A stretch of 64,000 bases of DNA from the human T2T-CHM13v2.0 reference genome, Homo sapiens (GCA_009914755.4 CP068257.2:23136001-23200000); one strand, 5' to 3'; counted from the stretch's first letter, positions 28,501-44,323 are shown. Program-made: numbers and translations. The notes: a model not told the origin generated them from the sequence alone.

Positions 28501-30160
28501 TACCTTCTAACATTATTATGATAGTTATTTTGTAATTCTTGCCCTGAACTCTGTTTTTAAAATCTGGATTATAAGGTAATTTATTGGGATTCTATTACTA
28601 GTTGGCATAAAAGAAATGAGTCTACTGGTGTGTTCCCTAGAGCTTACTTCAGATTTAATGCTACAGTAACAAACTTTTTGCCATCCCTGTGGAAAGCAAG
28701 AGACTCTCTTGAAAGGCTCTTAGATATCAATTATTGCCTTCATTTCCTGAAATTAAGCAGAACCATTGTGAATGTTACCAAATAAAGGACTACAGGACGT
28801 AAATCATATACACTTGAAAGAGGATATGGGAAGGGAAGGTCTGAAAAGGGCACCTGGAAGTTCAGAGAGAAGTCACCAGTAAGCCCTCTTGAAGCACTGA
28901 GGTCTGGAGACAAGTCTGAATTTTCAGGCTGGTCCAGACGCCACAGTGGAACCATGAAGGGAAGCTAATGGGAGCTGTTGCCTCTGTGCCTCTCAGTGGG
29001 CCTGAGATCACTGTGGGTCAGCAGAGAAGTAGGGAAGAAGAACTGGGTTAATTAGTGGGAGGGAACAAGGACAAGTTGGACCCCGCTGGCCTTTCTGCAG
29101 CTGGCTGTCACCTTGTGTAATCATGAAACCTTCAAAAGGCAATGGGTCTTCCTTCACCTCTAATTTCCAAATCTCATGAAATGCCTCCGTGGCCAACTCT
29201 AACTCAGAACCACACAGAGAAAGGGACTCAGGAAAACTTAGTTCCGGGTTAGATACATTGACACAGAGCAAAACTACCACTGTGGTTTTGTAATGGAAGC
29301 ATTACCTTTTGCTACTTCCTTATTAAAATCAAATAAATGTGTGTTTCAGTGTGTAAATGAGTACCTCGATGGCTAAATTCTGGTTTTGACTATATCCAAC
29401 AAATATTATATATATATATATGTAAATATATATATAGAGGGAGCATGCATAGATAGGTACAAATGCTATATATTTATATATGAATACGTGTGTATTTTAC
29501 ATATAAACATATGAATAAATATGTAAATATTTGGAGCTATTTTATGATACATACACATATAAGCACACACATATAGTCAAAGATCAGGGCTAGTTAGAGG
29601 TGTCTTCTGGCACTCAGCAATTCTTTTTCTCTTTGTAAGGAAATTTAATTAACATTATCATTGATCCCTCATATAATGAGGTTATATATTTTGCATGCTT
29701 AATTAAAAACTAGACCTGGAGAATAAACAAAATAAACAATGGTGGTAATAGTAAAACATGAGTTCCCAGGTGTTTTTTAGAAGTATCGGTATGTGATAAT
29801 TATCTATTTCTTGAAACATGTTTGAGGGTCAATTTTACTCTTTACAATTTTCCAGCATGATACAGTTGGTGTTAACTATGCTGATGATTCCAGTTAAAGA
29901 CACTTATAAATATCAGTGTATTCTACTGTGCAGATTCATAGGACAAAGTGATTTTAACTGGGACCAAAAACTGAAATGAAATGAGGTAAGCACACTGCCT
30001 TGGTGGGATTTGTTACTTAATCAGTTGCAGGACACACAGCAGTTGATGTATTCTGACAGGGAGAATGAGAAACCTGGATTATGCTAATCCTTTCATATGT
30101 TAATCCATAATCCTAATAAAAACAGATATGTTATTCTCTCATTTAGAAAGTTAAAGCAAA

Positions 30161-30467
30161 GGCCGGGCGCAGTGGCTCACACCTGTAATCCCAGCACTTT
30201 GGGAGGCCGAGGCAGGAGGATCAGAGGGTCAGGAGATCAAGACCATCCTGGCTAACATGGTGAAACCCTGTCTCTGCTAAAAATACAAAAAATTAGCCAG
30301 GTGTGGTGGCGGGCGCCTGTAGTCCCAGCTACTCCGGAGGCTGAGACAGGAGAATGGCGTGAACCCAGGAGGTGGAGCTTGCATTGAGCCTAGATTGCGC
30401 CACTGCACTCCAGCCTGGACAACAGAGCGAGACTCCATCTCAAAAAACAACAACAACAACAAAAAAG
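30161..30467 (+). mobile_element. Alu SINE (AluY-like) with an A-rich tail containing (CAA)5
   Basis: 'ggccgggcgcagtggctcacacctgtaatcccagcactttgggaggccgaggcaggaggatcagagggtcaggagatcaagaccatcctggctaacatggtgaaaccctgtctctgctaaaaatacaaaaaattagccaggtgtggtggcgggcgcctgtagtcccagctactccggaggctgagacaggagaatggcgtgaacccaggaggtggagcttgcattgagcc...ccatctcaaaaaacaacaacaacaacaaaaaag'. Confidence 0.9.
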
Positions 30468-32479
30468 AATCAGATCTCATGAGAACTCACTATCACAAGA
30501 ACAGCAAGAGGGTAACCACCGCCATGATTCAATTACTTTCCACAGGGTCCCTTCCACATCATATGGGGATTATGGGAACTACAATTCAAGATGAGATTTG
30601 GGTGGGGACATAACCAAACTATATCACAAGTTTAAACAAATTTAACCTCTATTTCATAAAGGAAATTATTAAGACTAAAAATATGCTCATATGTGGGCTT
30701 TGCTTTACAAATGTGACCAAACTATTTCATATTAACTGTGAAAATATTATTAGCTTTGAGAATTAATAATATGAGCAAGTAAAATGAGCTTCTTCTCCTT
30801 CCTTTAAAAATGTGCCAACCAAGATGAAAACATTAGCTCTGCTTGTAATCATCAATTTTCAATAACTCATCAAGTCCCAATGCTTGATGTCACTCAGATC
30901 ACCCTACTGGCAATCGGTTTTCTCTAACCTTGTGATATTCTGTGTCTCTGATCCAGGGCCACCACAGCAGTTAACTTATTCAATCATGCCTGCAGCAATT
31001 CACTTTATACTTTAGAAAAATTAACCAGGAATAATGTTTCCAAATCATGTGGCCAAAACTAACTGTGCAAGGGACTATCATAACCCTTGCCCAGAGGATG
31101 AGTCAAGTTTCTTAACAAGCCCGTATGTCCATATCATGAATTGCTATTTTATGTGTATGGTGATGACTATGGAAGAGGAGAGGATTTGGATCTCTGCTAG
31201 AAAGTGTTGGTACATTTCCTACTCCTTTTTTATACTTCATTCCAGAAACAATCTGCTAGGCGCATTAGGAAAATGCCAGTTCAGTCATAACTTTGATCTG
31301 AAAATTAAGAATTTAGGGATCAAAGGAGAGTTAGTACTACTCTTAACACCCTCATAGGTGCAGGATCAAGAGTCAAGAAATAACTGACTTCAAACACTTT
31401 GAAACTGTGATGTCCACAGTTGAAGGATTGATTTCAAAAAAACCCACAAAAAGTCCGGCCACCTCCAAAATTTAAAAAGCATTAACATGTAAAAGAGTAC
31501 ATTATTTCTCAATAACACTTTCTACTTGTGGATATAGCTTAAGACTGGAAAGAAAGATCAAAATACTTGTAATGATTACATCATTTTTATGTATTGATGA
31601 GTATATTTTATAAGTTCAGAAATGTCAAATAATGTACCAGATTGTATATTTCTGTGCACTCATACTGAATTATTTCTGACCTAAAAACAAAATAAAATTG
31701 ACAACTACTAATTTAATATAAATATTTTGTGAGAAAAAGGAAAAACAATTCCAAATGAGATCAATTCATTTCACATAATGCTTCTTTGAAGCAAACTGGT
31801 GTCTGAGTTTCTGTTGGAAATTTACTATCCTATAGAATTTCTGGTATGTGTACATAAATAAAATTGCTTATATTCCTGAGTATTATTTTGTTTTTCCAGT
31901 TCATCTCTGGGCACAAATGATTTTGAAGAGTGGGAAGAATTTAGTCTTTATAAATAAAGAATATCTAATGGACAAAAGTAAGATTTCTGGATTATCATTA
32001 GCAATCTAAGTTGCTTATTTTCTTTAATTATAATATCTCAACCTTAATGAAGCAAAAGTAATATGAAGCATCTGTGAAAATATATTATTGACTTCTAAGA
32101 TTTCTAAACTTGTTTAGTTTTAAAAATTTACTTCAAATATGACTTCTAGATTTTTCAAAGTTCAGAAGACTGACCTATACTTCTACATGCCTATATTAAG
32201 AAAGGATTAAGGGAAGAACACATCGGGAAAAGTAGAGCAAGAACTTCCAAAAATCCACTTTTCCATAAAAACAATGATAACACTGATGACATTGTCAAAA
32301 TCAATGTTTTTCAGAACTCTGGAAATTAAACAAATGCTTACAACCATCCAAGGAACGTTTATTCCACAAAAAAGAAAATTGGTGGAACTGGAAGTAGGAA
32401 CAGTGAGGTTTGTAGTATTTAAGTTTCCTTATTCCCATGCACATTCGCACACTGCCCTCTCCAACAGCTTCCCAAACAT

Positions 32480-33000
32480 GGTAGCTGTCAAAACCAGCAG
32501 GCTAGAAGCAACTTAAGGAAGCAGAACATGTTTGGATCTCCTCAAAAAGCTCTTCTCCTATTGTCCCTATTTGGCCCAACAGCTCCCTAAAAAATCTCCA
32601 TTTGCAGGACTTGTCTTTTCTTGACCTGACACAGAGCTCAGGTGATAAAAAGCCCTTGATTCAATTTTAATATCTTACTGCTGACGACGTTTAAGCCCCA
32701 CAACTACCTTGCTCTTTCCCTTCTGCTCCACTTCTGGAACTCTAATAAGAAAGTCTAGATGCCACTTCCTTTGGTGTCTTTGCAACTTTTAAACCATGCA
32801 ATTCTCTGTCCGTATGCAAGCGCCCTTGCACTGGCACCACCCCCTTATAACAATAAAAATCCCAAGCCTGTCTACTTCTAAGTTTTTAGTCAAGACATTT
32901 GGGACCAACTTGAGAGGCCTCTCCTGCTGTCCTCATAAAGCCTTAGTATGTAAATAATAAACTTTCCATATTTCCAAGTATTTGGTGTGTGCTTATGGCA
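32480..33000 (+). mobile_element. Possible LTR-like segment upstream of the ERV internal region (TATA-like and AATAAA signals). Unclassified and uncertain.
   Basis: '...cagagctcaggtgataaaaagcccttgattcaatttt...ccccttataacaataaaaatcccaagcctgtctacttctaag...gtatgtaaataataaactttcc'. I cannot match a consensus or find a partner LTR downstream. Confidence 0.2.
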
Positions 33001-33350
33001 TCATTTGCCTTGACATCTGAAACAAATTGTAGATGGGAATTGGTAATGTCTCTGCAGGATGGCCTGAACAATTGCTTCAGTGAGCTGGGTGTCTAGAGAA
33101 TGACCACTGTCACCATGGGTCTGTCTTCTCTTGCGTCAGCTTGTTAACTGACTCTGTTATCTGCAGGTAAGCATAGATTTTGAGCTGCTGCTTGCTGGTT
33201 AGCTTGCACTTTAAGCTGTGCTATGTCGTGCCTCATTTGCCGAATTACACCAAGCCTCTGTTAAAAAAAAACAAGATCTAAGTCAGAAATTTGGGTAATT
33301 GACATTTTGGGACAGGACTACAGGACTGGAAACTTCGTAAAGTCTCTCCT

Positions 33351-33610
33351 TTTTTTTTTTTTTTTTGAGACAGAGTCTCGCTCTCTTGTCTAGGCTGGAG
33401 TGGGCAGTTGCATGATCTGGGCTCATTGCAGCCTCTGCCTCCCAGGTTCAAGCAATTCTCCTGCCTCAGCCTCCCGAGTAGCTGAGACTACAGGCCCATG
33501 CCGCCACACCAGTTAATGTTTTTGTATTTTGAGCAGAGATGGGGTTTGACCATGTTGGCCAGGATGATCTTGATCTCCTGATCTCATGATCCACCCACCT
33601 TGGCCCTCAA
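33351..33610 (-). mobile_element. Alu SINE (reverse), 5'-truncated by about 30 bp
   Basis: Poly-T at 33351-33366, then 'gagacagagtctcgctctcttgtctaggctggagtgggcagttgcatgatctgggctcattgcagcctctgcctcccaggttcaagcaattctcctgcctcagcctcccgagtagctgagactacaggc...ccaggatgatcttgatctcctgatctcatgatccacccaccttggccctcaa'. Confidence 0.85.
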
Positions 33611-33619
33611 GGGTCTTTT

Positions 33620-36770
<3,151 letters not shown>

Positions 36771-38724
36771 TATATTTTTCTCCTGCAAAAGAAAAGAAAA
36801 TTTCTTTCTCCAGATGTCATATAGAGAGTCTCTTCACCAAGAACTATATTATTTTAATTTTAATAAAGATTTCCATATCATTTGGGTGATGCAACTTAAG
36901 GCAATAGGTCAGCACTTTAGAGCTCTTTAGTTTCTGGTTAATCTTTACCTTAGTCTTTTTTGGATAGAATGATGGTTTAATTACAATTTCTTCTTTTGCT
37001 GTTCCCTAATCTTGCACATAAATCTCCCTAGCCTCAGGAGGATGTCAAAAAGAGAGCTAATTTTTGCAGCATTTTTTTTTCTGGGATCAGAATATGTCTG
37101 CTCTCTTGGCAGAATCAGTTTTTAGTCTAGAATTTTCCCTGGTAATTGTGATGTATCTTATACGACTACCAAGATGCCTTATTTATTTTGTAAAGCCTTC
37201 TAATTATTCTCAGTGAAAAAAACAAATTAAACCACTCAATACTCTATTAACTGATGCAGAACCTTAGCTAATGTTATGTCCTATGAAAAAACTATCATGA
37301 ACTAGCAAAAACAGATTCATAAGTAGTCTTATTCAAGTGTAAGCTGTTAGGTTATTTTATGTATAAAATGACAAAATCATTACTCTAATTCTAATAACTT
37401 GACCTCATGATGGGGTTAGTGTCATCCTTTATGTGTGACTGTCACATTTAAGACACTCTCATCACACTATCAGCCCCAAAATACCTGGAAATTCAAATGC
37501 ATTTCACCTACCTATCTATTCTTGATGAAGATATAAATTCATGAGCATAGCTTTTATTTTAATGATACATCTTAGAAAGATGCTGTATTGCAGTGTCCAG
37601 TCTATCTTTAATCTACGTCTTATAATATTCTTCCATGAAAAACTGTGTAAGTAAACAGATGGTAAGTTTATGTAAATTGTTAAGGTTGTATCTATGTGTA
37701 TGAATACATGAATATTACATACATACAGTACATGTATATGTGTGTATATACGTATATGCATACTTATGCATGCCATTTTTGGCTAGATAACCAGACAACT
37801 TTAGAATCATTTAAGTGAAAATGCTGTATTTTATTTACATATATATTTATTTGTAAACTTCGTCCCCAAAAATGAATCAAAGCAGCAGAATGCACGGCCT
37901 AAATGAAGGAGCTTTCATATCACAGTGCTATGCACATTGTGTAGTATCTTTTTACCTTTCCTAACCAAGTGAAATTCAAAAGAAAAGAAAATGATTTTTC
38001 TTGTATTACAGCTTGATTAAGCTTCTTATTTAGAACACGACTAGATAAATTTACGGGATATTTTATGAAGGTCATCTAAATTCCACTAAGAAAATTAAAT
38101 TAATTCACAAGGGTTGGCTGGGTTTTTATGAAGTATTATGAAGAATTCCATTGTTATTACCTATTTTAAGATAATTGTTAAGAAGTAGATATCCCTTGTT
38201 AAATTAACAGATTAATTTGAAAAATCATAGCTAATATAATAGTTACCCACCCAGTTATATCCTTTAGTTACTCTATGGAAAAAATTACTAATATCAGGGC
38301 CACCAGCAACAAGAATTAATCAAAGTGCCCTCATTATGAAAAGAAAAACAATTTACTTTTTTTCAGTTTTTTACAGTGCACTCAGAAATACAATTATTAA
38401 GCTTTTAGCACTTGACTAATATTACAATTTTGTAATGAACAGATGTATACCATTTCAATTTTTCAATATGATATTATTAATATTAAACATATTATTCCCG
38501 GTGGTGGAAAACAAATTTTGAATATATTCATTCTTATAACTTTAAGAATATAGTTGTTATTGTTCTTGTCATTCTTTATGACTCATTGATTTCCCTCAAA
38601 AATTAAAAATAAAAAAGTCAACAGTTTTTATTACTGTTCAAGAAATGGCACAAACTGGATGCTAATTATTGAAGGCTTAAGAATGGGTTTCAGATATTTT
38701 TAATTCTAACTACATATTCTGAGC

Positions 38725-39084
38725 CAGGGGTTCTTAACGTCCAGTTCGCAGACTGGTACTAGTCCATGGCCTGTTAGGAAACAGGTGGCACATCAGGCAC
38801 ATCAGGAGGTGAGCCGCAGGTGAGTACGCATTACCCACTGAGCTCTGAGCTCCACCTCCTGTCAGATCAGCGGGGGCATTAGATTCTCATTGGAGGAGGA
38901 ACCCTATTGTGAGCTGCACATGTGAGGGATCCAGGTCGCATGCTCCTTATGAGAATCTAATTAATGCCTGATGATCTGAGGTGGAACAGTTTCATCCCAA
39001 AACCATCCCTCACCCACGTCTGTCTGTGGAAAAACTGCCTTCCATGAAACCAGTTCCTGGTACCAAAAAGGTTGGGGACCACTG
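38725..39084. mobile_element. Palindromic non-autonomous hAT DNA transposon (MER30-like) with an 8-bp TSD TTCTGAGC / TTCTAAGC
   Basis: Termini 'caggggttcttaacgtccag...' and '...ctggtaccaaaaaggttggggaccactg' (compare consensus 'CAGGGGTCCCCAACC...GGTTGGGGACCCCTG'). The interior is self-complementary: 'cattagattctcattggaggagg...cctccaatgagaatctaattaatg'. Flanks are 'ttctgagc' at 38717-38724 and 'ttctaagc' at 39085-39092. Confidence 0.7.
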
Positions 39085-39159
39085 TTCTAAGCAATCTGTG
39101 GTATAATACACTTTCTGAAGGCAAACATTTTAGGAGGCATTTGCTTTCCACTTGTAGAC

Positions 39160-39830
39160 TGAATGTTTATGTATCCCTGCCCCCACTTCCTATGTTGAAG
39201 CCCTAATCCCCAATGTGATGATATTTGGAGGTGGGGCCTTTGGGAGGTAATCACATTTATCTGAGGACATATGAGCAGGGGGCCTCATGATGGGATTAGT
39301 GTCCTTATAAAAGGAGGAAGAGAGATCAGGGCTCCCTCGCTTTAGCCACATGAGATCACAGGAGAAGACAGCCATCTGCAAGCCAGGAAGAGGACACTCA
39401 CCAGGAACCTGAGCATGCTGCACCCCAAACTTGGACTTCCTGCCTCCAGAACTATGAGAAAAAATTGTCTGTTGTTTGCAAACACCGCATGTTCTCACTC
39501 ATAAGTGGGAGTTGAACAATGAGAACACATGGACACAGGGAGGGGAACATCATACACGGGGGCCCGTCGTGGGGGTGGGGGGCTAGGGGAACAATAGCAT
39601 TAGGAGAAATACCTAATGTAGATGACAGGTTGATGGGTGCAGCAAACCACCATGGCACATGTACACCTATGTAACAAACTGGCACGTTTTGCACATGCAC
39701 CACAGAACTTAAAGTATAATAATAATAATAATAATAATAAAAATAAATGTTTGTTGTTTAAACCACCTTGTCTATGTTATTCTATGATAGCAACCTGGAC
39801 TAACATACCACTCATTCATAAACATCACAT
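39160..39830 (+). mobile_element. MaLR-type solo LTR (MLT1/MST-like) split by an L1 3'-end insertion
   Basis: 'ccctaatccccaatgtgatgatatttggaggtggggcctttgggaggtaatcac...gcctcatgatgggattagtgtccttataaaaggaggaag...gccatctgcaagccaggaagagg...ctgcctccagaactatgagaaaaaattgtctgttgtttg' [L1] 'aaataaatgtttgttgtttaaaccacc...'. Confidence 0.75.
39477..39752 (+). mobile_element. 5'-truncated L1PA-type 3'UTR fragment (~240 bp) with a (TAA)n/A tail and ~15-bp TSD, inserted into the MaLR LTR
   Basis: 'caaacaccgcatgttctcactcataagtgggagttgaacaatgagaacacatggacacagggaggggaacatcatacacgggggcc...ggagaaatacctaatgtagatgacaggttgatgggtgcagcaaaccaccatggcacatgtacacctatgtaacaaactggcacgttttgcacatgcaccacagaacttaaagtataataataataataataataaaaataaa'. 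TSD 'aaa(a)ttgtctgttgttt' (39462-39476) / 'aaataaatgtttgttgttt' (39753-39771). Confidence 0.85.
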
Positions 39831-40339
39831 TCAAGGCTAATTTGCAAACTTTTGTTCTTGATTGCTTGATACTCTAGCTTCTAATTTGCTAGAACTTATT
39901 TTGCATGTATAAACAACTTAAGCAACCCCAAAAGGATGGTTAAACAAAGAAATGTTTGCAAGTATAAAATACCATTTTCTTGAACTTTGGTCATATACTA
40001 TGGAAATGATAACAAATTTCAAGTTTTTGTTGCTGTGATTATCCTTGCAAATGTTAAAATAAAGAAAAGTGAAAAAATGAATAGACTTTAAAAATAAAAT
40101 AAACAGAAACAAATAATACAAAATTAATTATAGCAATTTATATTTGTTGGATGTTTTAATAATGCCCCTGAATAAAACATTTTTGCTATTGATTTATGCA
40201 GCACAAGCTATAACTATATGGGTTTTCCCTCAAATTCTTGGCCTTTTTAAAAATAGCTTATGCTAACCAGAGGAATAATTTTACTGTAATGTCTGAGAGA
40301 TTAGCTTTTCCCCCCACAGTATTTTTATGCTAGCGGTAA

Positions 40340-40835
40340 GCTGAATAGTGGCTCCAAAAACACCCAGATCCTAATGCCGGAGTCTGTGGTTCTTATAGCA
40401 CAGAGAAAGAGAAAAAGAGTCTTTGCCACTGTGATTAAATTATGGATATTGAGAGAGAGAGATTATCCTCAGGTTGAACTTAAATATAATCACAGTATTT
40501 GTACAAAAGAAAGTCACAGGGCCAGTTGACTACAAATAGAAGAAAAGTCAGCCATGTAATAGGAACAAAGACTGGCAGAGTCAGAGAGAGAAGATGCTAT
40601 ACCTCTGACTTTGAAGACAGATGGGCACCATGAGCCAAGAAATGTAGCTCTGCATGCAGGAAAAGGGAAGACATAGATTCTGCCCCAGAGCCCCTGAAGG
40701 GAGCACAGCCTTGCCAACAGCTTGATTTTAGTCCCACAGCACTGATTTCTGGTCATCAGAACTGTAAGAAAATTAATTTCTGTTGTCTGAAGTTGGCAAA
40801 TTTGTAGTAACTTGTTACAGTGGCCACAGGATAGT
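40340..40835 (+). mobile_element. MaLR solo LTR, MSTA-like
   Basis: '...cacccagatcctaatgccggagtctgtgg...gagagagagattatcctcaggttgaacttaaatataatcacag...gctatacctctgactttgaagacagatgggcaccatgagccaagaaatg...cagccttgccaacagcttgattttagtcccacagcactgatttctggtcatcagaactgtaagaaaattaatttctgttgtctgaagttggcaaatttgtagtaacttgttacag'. Compare MSTA '...GATTATCCTGGATTATC...CACCTTGATTTTAGCCCAGTGAGACCCATTTTGGACTTCTGACCTCCAGAACTGTAAGATAATAAATTTGTGTTGTTTTAAGCCACTAAGTTTGTGGTAATTTGTTACAGCAGC'. Confidence 0.8.
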
Positions 40836-41189
40836 GACGCAATATTGTGAATTTATTTTTTCCTCGTTAATATATATTGTTTTTAGTGCTACGCATTCTC
40901 CCCCACTCGCATAAACATCTGAAGGTACATGCAGCATGCTCTTTCCTTGTTTTCAAAATATCCTAATCAAAGTACAAAATTTTTCAATTGATAAATAAAT
41001 TTGACTAATACTCTAAGATCCACTTCTATAAAGGTTAAATTAAATGTGTATACTTTTTGAAGCCTATTGATCAGAATCAAAGGTACTTAAATATGCATCT
41101 ACTCTTCTGAATCCAATTTTGAAGGACATTTTGCATTGTAATGTTAGAAATACTTAGAACCTGAAACGGTGGTTATTTAGGTTAAAATA

Positions 41190-41340
41190 GCTATTTTTCC
41201 CAAGACAGAGGTTATTCTGATATGTGATAGGAAGAACCTAGGTGGTATTTAACAATCCATTTCTTTGAATTACTGCTTCACACCAAAACAGTCAATCTCT
41301 TTCCATTTAGCATGGAGTTTTAAGATACTGACAAGTTACT
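41190..41340. repeat. Copy A of an unclassified ~150-bp dispersed duplicate; partner at 43120-43265
   Basis: 'ggaagaacctaggtggtatttaacaatccatttctttgaattactgcttcacaccaaaacagtcaatctctttccatttagcatggagttttaagatac'. Confidence 0.5.
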
Positions 41341-43119
41341 ATTGATTCAAGAAAGTAAATTCATTTATGACTGGAAAAGTGCCCACTTTCTCATTTTAAA
41401 AACATTATCAGAGTACATATAAGACCGAAGTTCTTGTTCTGTGCTTCTCTAATCATAGCATTACATTCATTCCTAACATAATAACTAACTAACTGTATTG
41501 AGTGCTTACTATATGCCAGGCACTGGTTAAAAATTATTCCATGTAGATAGCAAGGTAAGTAATTTATTTTATCACATTAATCCTGTAATATCAATAGCGG
41601 TTATGCTACAATTACAATTTTACTGGTGGAAAAACTGAGAAACAGAGAGGTTACAAAAACTTGCCCAAGAGTGCACACATAATAAACAGAAGAGCGGTTT
41701 ATTTGCAAAAGCCGTATCCTTAACCGTAATGCCTACTGAGTTTCTGTAAGCAGGGGTTGCACGAGCAACTGCTGGCAAGCCACCTAAAGCTCCTGAAGGT
41801 AGCAAGATGGTAAAACATTTCTTAGTCGATGCTAAATATACAATGTATTGTTTACACAAACACACAAATTTTCAGTGTGCAATATAATATTCACCTAGGA
41901 TGGATTAGACTGGCCACACGTTAGCACCGTTCTCCCCAGAGCTGCATATGCTCTAACTATAAAACATTCAAAAGGTTGCTTTTATATGTAGGGTATATGA
42001 AATTTAGTAAGATACAATCTATAGATTCTACTTCTTAATAATTTTTAAACTTAATATGGAATCTAGATACATACATCTGTCTCTAGTACCTGTATAAACA
42101 GTGTAATCTGACCCATAAGTTCAGCATGAAAATCATTTTAAAATATATATATAAACATTTTTAAAGTTTTAAATTACACTTTTTACAACTTTAAAATTTA
42201 AATTTATTACTACAATAATGTTTTTACAGGCAGCAAATATTCCTCTCTTGGATTTTCTAAACACCTCTAGGTTTTCGTAGTTCATCTGCCCTGGAAACCA
42301 GTTACATCTCAAATGAAAGAGTTAAGCTAAGCTGGTTTAGGCAATGAGTGGGGATGCATCTTGCTTTTAATTATCCTGCTGAAAACTGGTCTACACAGTC
42401 TGATATATGATACATATTTTGTATATTTCATGATCTCCTCTTAGACTTCCCATAGGCATTAAACAAGGTGATTTTCTCCTTTCAAGTTAAGCCTGCCTGA
42501 GAGTGCCTGTTCTGGCTTAGGGCAGGAGATGGAGGATTGGGAGGTGGCTACTTATTCACCAGCCCTAATGTTTTCTTCTAGGTGTAAGCGTCTGTATTCA
42601 CTTGGCACTCTTGTTCTTTTTTCACTCCCTTATTTACTCTCCCCATATCCATTTTTCTTCTCTTTTTCCTTTCTTATTTGTCTGCTCAAAAATGACATGT
42701 TTTCAATGGCTCCTGGATGTGCAGTACGCTGAACAGTAAAAGTTCCGTCCCTGTAGGGCATGGTTTTCCAAGATCCTGTGCCTACCAGGGGGTCACACTA
42801 ATACTGACATGCTCTGTTATAAAGCGCATTTCGGACATACCAGATCAAGTCCTTTAGTTCAGCTTTTCGTTTTTAGATAAAAGTATTATTTGATTTTTAT
42901 CTACCTTTCATTGAATATTTCTCATCCTGTTACTTGCTGTAATTCTTACTTTCTAAAAATCTTTTAGATGTTCTTTTTCATTTTAAATGTTCTTTTTCCA
43001 TAATTGCCATCTTATGTTTTTTCATCCTATTCTTGTATTATTAGGTATCCATCTATCTTTTTAATTCTATCGCAGATGAATTATTTGAAACCCTTCCCAC
43101 TTACTCTGTACTACAGTTA

Positions 43120-43265
43120 AAGAGTTGGGCACAGTCTATTCTGTATCTTGAGAGGAGGGTAAGTAAGGAAGAACCCAGAAAGTATTTAACAGCTCATTTC
43201 CTTGAATTATTGTTTCGCCCCAAAACAGTAGATCTCTTTTTATTTAGAATGGAGTTTCCAGAGAG
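43120..43265. repeat. Copy B of the ~150-bp duplicate (about 80% identical to 41190-41340)
   Basis: 'ggaagaacccagaaagtatttaacagctcatttccttgaattattgtttcgccccaaaacagtagatctctttttatttagaatggagtttccagagag'. Confidence 0.5.
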
Positions 43266-44074
43266 TAATTTCTTTCGGATGAGTAGTGTCTTACATGGAA
43301 GACTTGAGCTCAGCTCTCTGTTAAGAAATTTTGTGGCCTGACTGTTTTTAGGGCCCAAATATCCTCTGTTTCAGCCCTTAGAAAAATGATTTAAAAGCAT
43401 TGAGGTTTAAATTGGAATTAGATTTTACATTTCATAACATTTCCTTTATGTGGTTGCTGTTTGTCTGAATTTAACTATCCCTTTAATAAGCTATTGATGT
43501 TGGAATACTCTGGAATTTTGCTAGGTAGTCAATGGAATCTCTTCTGAATACCATCCCTCAAGGTTATAACCACAGGCTACATAACTTTCAGACAGTAGCT
43601 ATAAAATTCACCATGATCCATTCCAAGATTGGAATATCAGAGTGTAACTGAAATAAATTATATCTAAAACCTCAAAATGTCAAATTATGCACTTAGTTTT
43701 TGTTGTTGTTTGCTTGTTTGTTTTTTTCTGGGAGACGCCCCCTCCCCATCACGGCTCGTGATCTCTGAAAGGGATTCCCCAAAGGGAGAAGACTGAACTG
43801 ACCTCCAGGCTCTAGTTGGGTAGATGCTGAAGTACGATCAGCCTGTGTTTACCATTGCTTCACTTTGCCACATAGTGTATATTCTGAAAACTGGTCTAGT
43901 GCTGGCCCGGATCCCTGTGCTGGTCCCTATGAATATTTGAGGGATACTGCCATAGTTCCTTCACTGCTTACCCTGTTAAACGTGTTTCCTGGGACACAAC
44001 TGACTCCTAGTGCCCTGAGTGTTCTGGGTCCTGTGTATTCATGAGCTAAATCATGAATCACTACCAAAAATCTT

Positions 44075-44323
44075 GTGCCAAAATTGGTTTAAACCAATGG
44101 TTCTCAACCATGAACAATTTAGCTCCCCCAGGAGACATTTGATTATGTTTGGAAACTTTTTGGTTGTCAAAGCAGGGACAGGAGGTTACAACTGGCGTCT
44201 AGTGTGTAGAGGCCAAGGATGCTGCTAAACATGTTACAATGCACGGTGCCGCACCTCAAAACAAAGAATTACATGGTCCCAAGTGTCAACAGGGCTGCAG
44301 TTGAGAAACCCCAATTTAAACCC
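44075..44323 (+). mobile_element. MER5A (hAT-Charlie non-autonomous DNA transposon)
   Basis: 'caatggttctcaaccatgaacaatttagctcccccaggagacatttgattatgtttggaaactttttggttgtcaaagcagggacaggaggttacaactggcgtctagtgtgtagaggccaaggatgctgctaaacatgttacaatgcacggtgccgcacctcaaaacaaagaattacatggtcccaagtgtcaacagggctgcagttgagaaacccc'. Compare MER5A 'CAGTGGTTCTCAACC...GGGGACATTTGGCAATGTCTGGAGACATTTTTGGTTGTCACAACTGGG...CTACTGGCATCTAGTGGGTAGAGGCCAGGGATGCTGCTAAACATCCTACAATGCACAGGACAGCCCCCACAACAAAGAATTATCCGGCCCAAAATGTCAATAGTGCCGAGGTTGAGAAACCCTG'. Confidence 0.85.
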
